A stretch of 64,000 nt of DNA from a virus: positions 628 to 64,627 of IMG/VR virus record IMGVR_UViG_3300018890_000001; one strand, given 5' to 3'. This document shows, in pieces, positions 35,846 through 45,115 of this stretch (within the stretch, counting starts at the first letter, position 1; every line of letters starts with the position of its first letter). The notes under the pieces are model-generated. The model did no database searches. It saw only the letters and a list, made by a program, of their open reading frames with translations, and was not told the origin of the DNA. Position numbers and translations under genes: made by a program.

Positions 35846-36484
35846 GTGACTTCGGTATACTCACTTTGTAGTCGATTTGGTTCAATTATGGACGTACAGA
35901 CGCTTCTGAGTCATTATCAGGAGTCACAAGATGCTTTTTGGCAATCCTGGGGCTTTCTGTGTCGCAGTTACTTGCTGTTGCGAAAGGTAAATCCGCTACT
36001 CGGAGACGGTATTGTCGTTCTGGGTGGACTTGCTGGTTTGTTGGCTGCTTTGGAAGTTTTTACTTTGGTGTCCAAAATCTTTAGTGAGAAATATATTACA
36101 GCGCTCTGTAACTTCCAAAAAGGAATCTGCAAAATTCTACATTGGGTTTTCCGACAGATTCGTAATACCTTAAGTTCGCTACTCGTTTTCTGTCGATTTT
36201 TAAGAAGAAAAACCCGACAGAAAAGTGTGGTCGCTCTGTCTGAAACCGAAACAATAAATCGGAAACAGTTGGCGATCGAAACACGGAGCTTGCTTTTAGA
36301 AGTTCTAGCAACCGATGCGCGTCACCGCACGGCAATGAGACCGTTGCTCCGCGAAGCGGATACAAAGCTGCGAATCTTAGATCGCGGTGACTGTGCTTCG
36401 TTAGTACAGAAAGCGCTGATTGAAACAAAAGGTACGGCTATAAAGCGGTATGCACAGTCTATTTTAGAAATATGTAATTTCTAA
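35846..36484 (+). CDS. Hypothetical membrane protein
   Basis: 212 aa with a hydrophobic segment; terminator at 36490-36520. Confidence 0.55.
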   Translation: MTSVYSLCSRFGSIMDVQTLLSHYQESQDAFWQSWGFLCRSYLLLRKVNPLLGDGIVVLGGLAGLLAALEVFTLVSKIFSEKYITALCNFQKGICKILHWVFRQIRNTLSSLLVFCRFLRRKTRQKSVVALSETETINRKQLAIETRSLLLEVLATDARHRTAMRPLLREADTKLRILDRGDCASLVQKALIETKGTAIKRYAQSILEICNF

Positions 36485-36581
36485 AAATAAACCATCCAAA
36501 TTAAAACAATTTGGATGGTTATTTGTTTTAATTTACTTTACTTAATGTATTAATAACTGTATAATCTTAGAGTAAAAAGAT

Positions 36582-37751
36582 TTGGATACGTTTATGTATT
36601 TCACAAGTAGAAAACTGTCAAATAACTTAATTGTTGGTCTAAAAAAGGCTGAAGTTGTTTTCAATAACAAGAAGGATTGTTATGAGGTAAAGATACCACA
36701 ACTCGATCGCCAAGATTACGAGGAGTTTAAACAAGTTCTCGAAGAAATCCACGGTAAGTGGAACCATTCAGCAAACGCACACGTTTTCGAGTCCGATCCG
36801 ACAGAAATGTTAAATGCGGTGATTGAAGTGGGTTGTTTCCCTCAAAGGAAACCGCATGATGCGTTTTTTACGCCTCCAGATGTTGTAGACGATTTATTGC
36901 GATGGGGTGGCTTTCACTACTCTCAAGGAGTGAGTCATTATTACAAATGTTTAGAGCCTTCTGCCGGACACGGCTTTATAATCGATGTACTCAGAAGGAA
37001 ATACCCAGGAGTTGAAAAATGTTTTGACTGCTGCGAAATAGACGGTTTTAATCGGGATATTTTACAGCGAAAAGGTTACAACATTGTTGGCGATAATTTT
37101 TTACAAACCAAGCTCGAACCACAATATCACTGGGTAATTATGAACCCACCTTTCAACGGGAAGGCTGGCGATTATATAGCACATATTGAAGCTGCATTTG
37201 AATTGCTGCTTCCAGGTAGAGATTTGCTGGCGATCGTGCCCGAATCATTTCTAACTTCACAGGCTAAGCGCGTTGTGAAGTTTAGGAATAAAGTGTTTAC
37301 CTATGGTGAACACGCCAATTTACCCGACAAGGTTTTTGCTGAATCGGGAACTCAAATCAAATGCTGCATGATAAAAATGCAGAAGTACAGTCCTGTAAAG
37401 ATTCAAGAATTTGAAACACCAGGATATCTATACGATTACTTTGATCTTTATACAGGTCAAATTATCGTCAGCTTAACGAGTGAGTCAGAATGGTTTAAAC
37501 GTTTTAGCGCACTCGTCAATCAAGTCGAGCAAGGTAGGATAACTACAAAAGATATTTTTTTGAAGGAAGTTGTACGTGATGCGGATGATATTGTTTTATC
37601 TGCAATTTCACGTCATGAAGCTAGTTTCAGATGGGATGATTTCACCAAACAGAGATTAGCTGAATACTTTCTTCAAGATATGATTGATGAATATTTGGAT
37701 GGGCAGAATCCTTTCCAGAGTACAAAGCCTAGACAGTTATCGCTGTTCTAG
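36582..37751 (+). CDS. Orphan amino-DNA methyltransferase (N6A/N4C), phage type
   Basis: Motif I CLEPSAGHG and motif IV IMNPPF; N-terminal GKWN....HVF segment. Confidence 0.85.
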   Translation: MDTFMYFTSRKLSNNLIVGLKKAEVVFNNKKDCYEVKIPQLDRQDYEEFKQVLEEIHGKWNHSANAHVFESDPTEMLNAVIEVGCFPQRKPHDAFFTPPDVVDDLLRWGGFHYSQGVSHYYKCLEPSAGHGFIIDVLRRKYPGVEKCFDCCEIDGFNRDILQRKGYNIVGDNFLQTKLEPQYHWVIMNPPFNGKAGDYIAHIEAAFELLLPGRDLLAIVPESFLTSQAKRVVKFRNKVFTYGEHANLPDKVFAESGTQIKCCMIKMQKYSPVKIQEFETPGYLYDYFDLYTGQIIVSLTSESEWFKRFSALVNQVEQGRITTKDIFLKEVVRDADDIVLSAISRHEASFRWDDFTKQRLAEYFLQDMIDEYLDGQNPFQSTKPRQLSLF

Positions 37752-37756
37752 AACAA

Positions 37757-37800
37757 ATAAAAAAACCGTCCGAGTTAATCAACTCGGACGGTTTTTTTAT
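37757..37800. terminator. Bidirectional terminator
   Basis: ATAAAAAAACCGTCCGAGTT / AACTCGGACGGTTTTTTTAT. Confidence 0.8.
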
Positions 37801-38978
37801 CAAGATCCCTTTATGTCACCGATCGCCCCACGTACCAGTCCACCAAGGACAATCCGAAACGACTGCACATTAAGTCCTGGCAGCACTCTCAACTTAGTTC
37901 CTGAATCGACACCTCCAGCGATCGATATCGGGATTTTTTTTCCCCAAGGGTGCAGTTCTAAAAACGCAGTTTCTGGATTGTCTATGATGCTTAACAGTTT
38001 GTCGCAGATTGCCCGAACATCTTTACCTTCTTGGGCGATCGCCACGACTTCCACGACTTGATCAAAACTGTAGGCAGCGATCCACTTAAACTCTTTCTGG
38101 TTCGCTGCCTTGATCCATTCCGGGAGTACGGTGTACTGGCGGTTTTTCTCTTCAATCGACATCAGGGCGATCGACGGTGTGCTACTTACCTGGAAGATGT
38201 CACCGGCGGCTTCGACTTCTGGTTTAAAGGAGAACATCAACACCCCTCGGCTACCAGGAGTGACGGTACGATTTAAAAGGATTTTAGATTCTTGAACCGA
38301 TGCACCAACGAAAAACGAACCGGGTGCTAAGAATGAAGCGGATTCGATCTTATCTTTGGCAATTCCTGGCGGTAATGCTACGCTCACACCGTCATCACCG
38401 ACAATTACTGTGCGCGTCAATTTAACAGGTTGCCCCAATCGCTCAGGCAGTGCGAAGCTTAGTGCGTAATCAACCATATCGCCAAGGGCGACGCTGTAAC
38501 CGAGTTTGATCTGCGAAACAAATGGACTGCCAGAGAGCGCTGCGGGAATATCAACTGTCAATTGTCGAGTCGCAATTTCTTGGGGCGTGCCGACGCTTAC
38601 TGACAAGCTATAGTTCTCCGGGATCTGTTCGAGCTTTAATCTGAATTTTATTGAACCACTCCACAGTGGCAGTGTTTCTCTGATTGCTTCACAACTAACA
38701 AATACGGGTTCTTCTACCGGAATCCATTCACCCAGAAAAAATTTCATAAATTGGTTTGGCGGTCGGATGACAGCGACGCTCACCCAACCTTCGCTTGGTA
38801 CGACTTGAAATCCTTGGAATCCGTAACCGAGGCGCGCCCGACATTCTGGTGATGTTAAATATCCGATACTCGCTCCAGGTGCCAAACTCCAACAAAAAAA
38901 ACCGCCCGGTGCTGTCCAAGGCTTTAAGTTTGTGATGTTGATTGCTTTTTCTAAATCTAATGTGTGCGTGAGTTCCAT
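37800..38978 (-). CDS. Putative virion structural protein (neck/tail-completion-like)
   Basis: 392 aa, beta-rich. C-terminal SFDQVVEVVAIA...VRAICDKL is loosely tail-terminator-like. Confidence 0.4.
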   Translation of the reverse strand: MELTHTLDLEKAINITNLKPWTAPGGFFCWSLAPGASIGYLTSPECRARLGYGFQGFQVVPSEGWVSVAVIRPPNQFMKFFLGEWIPVEEPVFVSCEAIRETLPLWSGSIKFRLKLEQIPENYSLSVSVGTPQEIATRQLTVDIPAALSGSPFVSQIKLGYSVALGDMVDYALSFALPERLGQPVKLTRTVIVGDDGVSVALPPGIAKDKIESASFLAPGSFFVGASVQESKILLNRTVTPGSRGVLMFSFKPEVEAAGDIFQVSSTPSIALMSIEEKNRQYTVLPEWIKAANQKEFKWIAAYSFDQVVEVVAIAQEGKDVRAICDKLLSIIDNPETAFLELHPWGKKIPISIAGGVDSGTKLRVLPGLNVQSFRIVLGGLVRGAIGDIKGS

Positions 38979-39056
38979 AGCGGTATATCTAAAGGCTTAG
39001 TCGATGTTGACATAGATTGAGGAATTGTGGGCGATCGGTACTCGGTTCCCAAAACA

Positions 39057-39091
39057 AAAGCCCCAAGAGATTTTAGATCTCTTGGGGCTTT
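39057..39091. terminator. Bidirectional terminator
   Basis: AAAGCCCCAAGAGAT / ATCTCTTGGGGCTTT. Confidence 0.75.
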
Positions 39092-39126
39092 CTTTATTTT
39101 AAGGATTACAGTCGATCGCCAACAAT

Positions 39127-39387
39127 TCAATCTTTCTCTTCTAGTTCTAGACGGTGCTTTTCAACAAGCTGTTTATGTTGCGCGTACTCTTTGGTTAGGC
39201 GACGTTCTTCTGTAGCTGCAACGAATGCAATACTACCGATTACAGTTAGACCGATCGCTGTTGGTGAGGGCTTACCACCTGTCATTACGAGCATCAAACC
39301 AAATCCGAGTCCGACTTGAGCTGTTTGTGTTACGAGGGAACTCAATCTGGATTTTGCTACTTCTTTGAGACTTTCTTGATCACTCAT
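39127..39387 (-). CDS. Small two-TM membrane protein
   Basis: Two hydrophobic helices and a charged C-terminus. Confidence 0.6.
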   Translation of the reverse strand: MSDQESLKEVAKSRLSSLVTQTAQVGLGFGLMLVMTGGKPSPTAIGLTVIGSIAFVAATEERRLTKEYAQHKQLVEKHRLELEEKD

Positions 39388-39399
39388 AATCCCTCTCGG

Positions 39400-39891
39400 T
39401 TAATATTTTATTGGTTCAAGATCTTTCATTATTTGGCGGTTGCTGACGGTGACAATCAACTTAATGTTTTTACCTTTAAGTGGAGGTTGCCTATCAGGAA
39501 TAGTCGTTTTCTTTAGCCATTTGGGACTGTCATCCACAATAAGTTTGGATTCAACCAGCCCATCAAGTAGGAACTTTCGAGCACCTTCTAAATTGTCGTC
39601 ATCTATGCGATTGTCTACAAAAAACAGTAAATTTACCCAAGTGGGTTCTCTGTACTTGATTAATTGTCGACTTTCGACGATGTGAATTATTTTACTAATC
39701 CATATTTTCTTTTGCCTTTCGTACTCGCTCGATCTCCGAAACCTTTTCCCACGGTTGGTTGCGCCAGAGACACAAAGCGTCCGCATTGCCAGCATCTCAT
39801 TTGTGGTCGGCGGAATCTCATCTAGCGCAAAATTTTGTACCAAATGTGCGATTTTTACTATTTTGAAATCTTTTTTGCTTGTTCTTGTCAT
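39400..39891 (-). CDS. rusA: RusA-like Holliday junction resolvase
   Basis: DDDNLEGARKFLLDGL....IVDDS matches the RusA D-x-D-N..K...D...DD pattern. Confidence 0.8.
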   Translation of the reverse strand: MTRTSKKDFKIVKIAHLVQNFALDEIPPTTNEMLAMRTLCVSGATNRGKRFRRSSEYERQKKIWISKIIHIVESRQLIKYREPTWVNLLFFVDNRIDDDNLEGARKFLLDGLVESKLIVDDSPKWLKKTTIPDRQPPLKGKNIKLIVTVSNRQIMKDLEPIKY

Positions 39892-39921
39892 GTTGATACC
39901 TTTAAATTTTTGTTGAGTTAC

Positions 39922-40530
39922 TCAGAAATTCTTTTGACGCAATCCGCCTATATAGCCACGCAAATACGCTTCAGATAAGTTTATAAGCTCTTGTCCTTTA
40001 AGTGCTTTAGGGCTGTTAACGTGATGCGTTACTACGCGGTCTTCATCATTGTGGTTGAATTTAGCTACGAATAAGCGCTGATCTGTGTTGTCTAGATTTA
40101 GTCCATCCAGACAACCTATATTTTGCGTAAACAAAAGTAGAGTTTTTTTGTGCGTTTTTGCGAGCTTAAATAGGTCTTCTGTTAATCTCCGACAAAGGCG
40201 CGGATCTAGATATAACCCAAAGTCTTCAAAACCTACAATGTGAGGTGAAAGGCTTGACGAAACTACAGTCAAATAAAAACAAACAAGCCGCTCATGTCTT
40301 TTGCGGATTGTCTTTTCTGTTAAGAGCGTGCGATCGAATCCCATCGCGTGAAGCAATTCTTCGAGTTTAAATGGATATTCCTTGAAGGCGTTTACGAGAT
40401 TATCAATTTGCGAATCAGAGTGATCAGTCTTGTAAATAAATTCAATGTCAATCAGTTTGTCAGCAAGCCCGTCAAGGGCTCCTGTTTCTCCAATAAAGAC
40501 GTTAAATTGTGACAAATTCAGTTTTAACAT
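39922..40530 (-). CDS. Second degenerate AAA_21/ABC-type ATPase homologue
   Basis: FNVFIGETGA (no GKS), GFEDFGLYLDP (vs IDEPENGLHP), LFTQN (vs TTHN/S) and C-terminal LSEAYLRGYIGG. Confidence 0.6.
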   Translation of the reverse strand: MLKLNLSQFNVFIGETGALDGLADKLIDIEFIYKTDHSDSQIDNLVNAFKEYPFKLEELLHAMGFDRTLLTEKTIRKRHERLVCFYLTVVSSSLSPHIVGFEDFGLYLDPRLCRRLTEDLFKLAKTHKKTLLLFTQNIGCLDGLNLDNTDQRLFVAKFNHNDEDRVVTHHVNSPKALKGQELINLSEAYLRGYIGGLRQKNF

Positions 40531-40613
40531 TCGTTGTGTAAAATGAATTTCCTTTCTGCAACCGCAATTAAGCCCAACCTTTGGATGGTTGGGTCTTCAC
40601 GGTGTTTGACATT

Positions 40614-40862
40614 CTATTGGAATTCGGAAAGAATGGTACGGTATTCCTCACACGTTCTTTCGAGGTGTTCGAGTTTGCGGTAGCAATTGCGTTCGCTTCT
40701 AGTCACTTGGTTCAACATTGTTGAGTAAACCTGTTGTTGTTCCGCGTTTTTGTGGGCTAATTGCATGAACAGTTTCTGTAACTCGCAAATATCTAGTTCT
40801 CGTATTTCGTGACTCAAGCTAGCGAGCCGCGCCTGTACTTCGAGCGGTAATTCAATATCCAT
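40614..40862 (-). CDS. nblA: NblA-like phycobilisome degradation adaptor with C-terminal extension
   Basis: IELPLEVQARLASLSHEIRELDICELQKLFMQLAHKNAEQQQVYSTML aligns without gaps, by eye, to the NblA pattern (ELSLEQQF...V..MS.EQA...L..L.EQM......Y..LL). Confidence 0.6.
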   Translation of the reverse strand: MDIELPLEVQARLASLSHEIRELDICELQKLFMQLAHKNAEQQQVYSTMLNQVTRSERNCYRKLEHLERTCEEYRTILSEFQ

Positions 40863-41315
40863 ACCACGGTTTCTCTCTTGCAAAAAGTTGGGTTACGTAA
40901 ATGCGGAAGCCGTTAGTACCGTCTTCATCGTGAACTTCGCTGTCGATCACCTGTTCTCGAAATTTCTGTAACGATATTCTGAAACTTCTGCGGTCGCTAC
41001 GTTTTCTCTGATTTCGATAAGCCTAAGTGCTTTCACTTTGTCAGCTCGCGGATCGGACCCGGTGTGACAAATTGCACCTTCCCAAACATCAGCGTCGCAC
41101 ATCCACTGACTGTGCTCTCGCGCGATGTCGCTTATTTTATCTACAAGCTTTAAGGGGGGTAGCTTGAGACTTGTTCGGTGCTGATTGACGACATCAAATA
41201 TTACAGACTCGAATTCGATATCATTGTTCGACTGATGGATTTCGATGGGTAGGCGATCGACAGAAGGCTCTGGGGTTGGGAATAGATTGAAAAAGTTGAA
41301 AAGTGTACTTGTCAT
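40852..41315 (-). pseudogene. CAP/SCP-domain protein, split between frames
   Basis: VNQHR....PPL....IAREHSQWM...H...R...ENVA in ORF 40947-41315. The C-terminal YVTQLF motif lies in the -1 frame, ending at 40852. Confidence 0.6.
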
Positions 41316-41365
41316 GAGCGCAAATCCTCCTATCTGTTGATGTCTATTTGATAATGCTGACGGTA

Positions 41366-42043
41366 TTACGATCGCCCAGCTTCGACCAAAGTAAAAGCTT
41401 CTGGGTCTGATATTCCAACTCGAACGGGTTCGCCAAAAAAGTCAACAAGGGTATAGCTCGTTTGGTAGCGAAGACGTGCGCCGTCGTCGGGGCGGATTAA
41501 GTCGTATTCGTAATTAGGCACGACATCATCGTCGTACAGTTTCTTAATTAGCTCTAAATACTCATTGCTCAAGTTTGTACCATCGAGCTTCCATGACTGG
41601 CGGTAATCGTAGCCAGTCCAGTCGGGAGCTAGTCGCAGACCGCGTTTTGGTGGAACGGTGCTGTGCTTGCACCGATCGTTCAACATACTGACGATCGTGA
41701 TTAGCTTTCCTTCGCTATCTGCTTGGAGTAATGGCTCCAAAGAATGTGCAAGTTTTGGATTCGATCGACCAACAGCTTCAACGGTCACTTCCGAGAACAG
41801 CGAGAATAGTGCTGGCGGAAAAGCCAAAATCTGATACGGCTGTTTGCCGGCACCTCTTGATATGTATGCGCTTTTCAGCCCGCGTCGTTGCGCTTCTTTT
41901 TGAATCCAAGTTCTTGTAGATTCAAATTTGTTGAGCTGACTGGACAAGATACTAGCTGAGTGTCTGGGAGTTACAAACAAATCTTTCCCGTCATCTGCGA
42001 TCTCGCAGTGGTCTAGAAGTGACACCGAATTATTTAATTGCAT
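41366..42043 (-). CDS. Protein with possible C-terminal PAS/MEKHLA-like fold
   Basis: WTG...Y.ELIKKL..D..V..YEY...RPD.G...Y.T.Y.LV...G.PVRVG pattern. Confidence 0.45.
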   Translation of the reverse strand: MQLNNSVSLLDHCEIADDGKDLFVTPRHSASILSSQLNKFESTRTWIQKEAQRRGLKSAYISRGAGKQPYQILAFPPALFSLFSEVTVEAVGRSNPKLAHSLEPLLQADSEGKLITIVSMLNDRCKHSTVPPKRGLRLAPDWTGYDYRQSWKLDGTNLSNEYLELIKKLYDDDVVPNYEYDLIRPDDGARLRYQTSYTLVDFFGEPVRVGISDPEAFTLVEAGRS

Positions 42044-42455
42044 TTTTTAACTCCTCCGGGCGATCGAATTCTAGTTTGCGACCCTGAAACAGTTGTTCCA
42101 AGGTATAAGGAATATTGTCGGAAGCCGCCAAGAATGAAAGATCTGAATCTGTCGGTCGATCTCCCGCAGTTATACTTTCTAACCGCTCCATCGGTATTTG
42201 TACGTCCTCGACTAGCGATTGCCAATCGATATTTTCTAAGACTTGGGCAATCGGCGGTGCCGGATTTAAAAAAGGATCATCTATGATATGTATCCCATAT
42301 GTCTCAAAGTATCTTTGTGCTACAGTAACCAGCTCGCTTAAATACACGTACTGTGCAATCCGCTTCGTTGCAGCTAAAACATTTAAAGCCACTTTGACTC
42401 CTATTGGGAATATGACTTTAAATGTTTTAGTTTCTGTTGCCTTTTCTTTTTTCAC
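42030..42455 (-). CDS. Putative transcriptional regulator (RHH-like N-terminus + HTH); probable GTG start 42455
   Basis: FKVIFPIGVKVAL; IDWQSLVEDVQIPMERLESITAGDRPTDSDL. Confidence 0.5.
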   Translation of the reverse strand: MKKEKATETKTFKVIFPIGVKVALNVLAATKRIAQYVYLSELVTVAQRYFETYGIHIIDDPFLNPAPPIAQVLENIDWQSLVEDVQIPMERLESITAGDRPTDSDLSFLAASDNIPYTLEQLFQGRKLEFDRPEELKNAIK

Positions 42456-42876
42456 GTTGTAAAACTTCCCATTTTTCTTCAAGTACCAAGTCCATGATGT
42501 AAGCAATGCGCTTGACGAAGTACGGTGCGCCTTTACCTTCAAAACCCCAGTGAAGCGCGGCACTGGAACCGATATCCCAAGCTTCAACTTCTCGGAGCCA
42601 AGCCTGTTTCCAAGTTAGCGTCAATCGCTTGTCAGTTCGGAAGCAGGTTACTTCTTGTGAACACTTTTTGTGTTTTTCGATCCCGCGATACAGCAAAGGA
42701 AGCCATTTATCACAGAACTGATCGAGTGGCATAGAGCCACCAGGATTCATGATCAGTTTGTTGAGTGCGCTTAGTTCTGTTTTTTGGGGAACCGCATTCG
42801 GTCGAACAGTCGTTGTTAGCATGGTTGTACAACAGATTATGTCTCCTTCGATCGCCCCCACTTTTGTTGCAAGCAA
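42427..42876 (-). CDS. Putative HTH regulator
   Basis: 149 aa; divergent from the membrane/ATPase operon. Confidence 0.45.
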   Translation of the reverse strand: MLATKVGAIEGDIICCTTMLTTTVRPNAVPQKTELSALNKLIMNPGGSMPLDQFCDKWLPLLYRGIEKHKKCSQEVTCFRTDKRLTLTWKQAWLREVEAWDIGSSAALHWGFEGKGAPYFVKRIAYIMDLVLEEKWEVLQREKRKGNRN

Positions 42877-42917
42877 ATTAATCGGGCGATCTTTTTTATG
42901 TTAACGCTAGGGGTAAA

Positions 42918-42962
42918 AGGTGTCAAGGGTGTCAAGGGTGACAAAGGTGACAAAGGTGTTGA
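42918..42962. repeat. Five tandem 9-bp repeats RGGTGWCAA abutting a -35 box
   Basis: AGGTGTCAA, GGGTGTCAA, GGGTGACAA, AGGTGACAA, AGGTGTTGA. Confidence 0.9.
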
Positions 42963-42987
42963 CAATCCCGTAATACTCTATTAGATT
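42959..42987 (+). promoter_or_regulatory. Sigma70-type promoter of the 43020 operon
   Basis: TTGACA-N17-TAGATT, then GAGG RBS before ATG 43020. Confidence 0.65.
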
Positions 42988-43019
42988 GAAAGGTATCTAT
43001 ATCTAATGAGGTTGAGTTT

Positions 43020-43487
43020 ATGCAACTCAAAGAAATGGTCGGTTCCATATTCGCTGATTTCAGCAAACGAGTTTCTCACACGTTAACCAGCGGAAAAGGT
43101 TTAGGTGTTTATTACCGTACTCCAGAAGAGGCACGTCTACTTCAAGAGCAAGCGCAACTGGCAAAAGCAGCAGTAGATCCAACGGTTGCTAGCTTAAACG
43201 CGCAAATTGACATCATAAAAGCAGAAACAACAATGACGGTCGCCGGCATTAAATATGTTGGTGCGGAAGTAGAATCTCTAGCTGACAAGCTGGACGCGGT
43301 TGCTGACTTGTCAGATGTTGTAGCAAACGCTTCACCGAGAGCTCAAGCTGCTATTTCGCGAATGAACGAAAACGCTTTGGCGTTTGGCGACGAATTTGAG
43401 CGGATGCTCAACCCAGATTCTGGTCAACAATCTGGTCGGGCGATCGAACCAGCGCCTCAGCAGAAATTCCTGTACGCTTCGCGTTAA
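43020..43487 (+). CDS. Coiled-coil hypothetical protein
   Basis: 155 aa, Ala-rich helical. Confidence 0.7.
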   Translation: MQLKEMVGSIFADFSKRVSHTLTSGKGLGVYYRTPEEARLLQEQAQLAKAAVDPTVASLNAQIDIIKAETTMTVAGIKYVGAEVESLADKLDAVADLSDVVANASPRAQAAISRMNENALAFGDEFERMLNPDSGQQSGRAIEPAPQQKFLYASR

Positions 43488-43536
43488 CGCTTTCAATCAA
43501 GTCAACTAATCAAAAGGTAGTTTAGGATCATCGATC

Positions 43537-43815
43537 ATGAAATTCATAGATTTCGTTCCAGTCACTGGCAGTGTAATCGTAGTAGGCGTTTTAGCTGCAC
43601 TAGCTAAGTCAGCGATCCAACCGATCGCCCTTTACGCAATTTGTGGTTTAATTTGCATTGTTTTAGCAAAACTTTTGGGTCTCAAATATGTTGGGAGCCT
43701 TTCTGACGTTACCCGTTTACGTCCATCAGTCATTAACCTTCATTTGTGCGCGTCGCTTTTAGCTTCGGCGTTTGTTCTCGCTATCACACTCGGAGGCGAA
43801 AATGTACGACCCTAA
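43537..43815 (+). CDS. Small three-TM membrane protein
   Basis: Three hydrophobic segments. Confidence 0.65.
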   Translation: MKFIDFVPVTGSVIVVGVLAALAKSAIQPIALYAICGLICIVLAKLLGLKYVGSLSDVTRLRPSVINLHLCASLLASAFVLAITLGGENVRP

Positions 43816-44137
43816 AAAACACGTTGCTAAAGAGTGGCAGATTATCGGTTGCGGGGCTGTCACCGCAGTCGCTGTGACAGGTGCATTTTTTGCACCAATC
43901 AAGTCTGGCGAAATTCCGGTGGCTCGTTTGATGGCGTTTGCCATTGCAGGTTCAGCTCTGACCGCAGGAGCATTGATCGAAAAATCGAAAGAACCGCTCG
44001 ATCGCCAGAAAGAAGTGATAGATGCAAAAAATAGAAAAGTCTTTGCCAAGACACAGGGACTCGATGCTGCGTTTTTGATTGAGACTAAACAAGCTCAGAG
44101 TACAGAAGCGCTCGTCAAGGAGTGCGACAAAAACTAA
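43802..44137 (+). CDS. Two-TM + coiled-coil protein
   Basis: GGAGG then MYDPKK; two TM helices. Confidence 0.65.
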   Translation: MYDPKKHVAKEWQIIGCGAVTAVAVTGAFFAPIKSGEIPVARLMAFAIAGSALTAGALIEKSKEPLDRQKEVIDAKNRKVFAKTQGLDAAFLIETKQAQSTEALVKECDKN

Positions 44138-45066
44138 TGGCTAGCAAGCGAGAACCGACAGTCAAAGACGTTCAGAAGATTCTGGATTTGCTTAAGACAG
44201 AAGATCCGTACAAAGAAAATGGGGGTTTAATTTACTGGGACGGCACCGTAACGTCAGAGCACAATTACGCGATCTGTCGAAGTGCGATTTTACTCGATCT
44301 TGACTCTTATGACTGGAAGAAAGTTAAAGCACTTTGGATTTGCGCGGAGTTGCCAAAACCACCGGGCTATATCGATGAGTGCTGTGGTGGTTGTGAAGAT
44401 CGAGAACTTTCTCGATTAGAACTCTCGAAGTTCGATTACGCGGAATTTGTTTCTACAGTTCCGCGCAAGGATTGGGTAACTCCGGGTCAAAAAGCTTGGG
44501 CGGATAAATTTGGAATCCCGGTCATTGTTTATCAGCGACCTTACCCAAATCCAGCAAAAGGGGAAAAGTTCGGGACGTGGGATATTTACGATCCAATCAA
44601 AACTAATGATAAGGCGATCGGTGTAAATCTCGGTCAATTATCGAAGTTCGCTGGAATTTCCGCAGTGGAAGATCGGGAACATTTGACCACGGTTGCCAGG
44701 CTGGCAATCGAGGAACGCGAATTGCACGAAGCAGCTATCCATGCAGCTTGGTTGAAAATGTGCAACGCTCATAATGAGGGGCTTCAGGAATGCCAGTTGG
44801 CTTACGAGCAATTGCAAGCACAAACTGAAGTGTTCGATCGTCGCATAAAAACTGCGTTGCACCGTATCGATCGCCAAGAAATACAATCACTAGCGCTGTC
44901 TGCAACGAAAGCTGCGCCTGTAAATATTCGGGCGCGATCGAAATCTAATACGGCAACTCCAGTGATGTCGGTATTACCACCAGCTAGTGCTGAGAAATTG
45001 GACAGTCCGCTTTACACAACGCCCCCCATTGAAACGTTTCAGTATATAGAGGTGCGAAGAATTTAA
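44137..45066 (+). CDS. Hypothetical protein (alpha/beta N-domain + coiled coil)
   Basis: TAATG coupling; A...GIPV motif is loosely like DUF4406/flavodoxin-like folds. Confidence 0.6.
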   Translation: MASKREPTVKDVQKILDLLKTEDPYKENGGLIYWDGTVTSEHNYAICRSAILLDLDSYDWKKVKALWICAELPKPPGYIDECCGGCEDRELSRLELSKFDYAEFVSTVPRKDWVTPGQKAWADKFGIPVIVYQRPYPNPAKGEKFGTWDIYDPIKTNDKAIGVNLGQLSKFAGISAVEDREHLTTVARLAIEERELHEAAIHAAWLKMCNAHNEGLQECQLAYEQLQAQTEVFDRRIKTALHRIDRQEIQSLALSATKAAPVNIRARSKSNTATPVMSVLPPASAEKLDSPLYTTPPIETFQYIEVRRI

Positions 45067-45115
45067 TATGGTCTGGTGCATCTACCTATCCAACAAAGCA
45101 AACTAAAGGGGTTGA

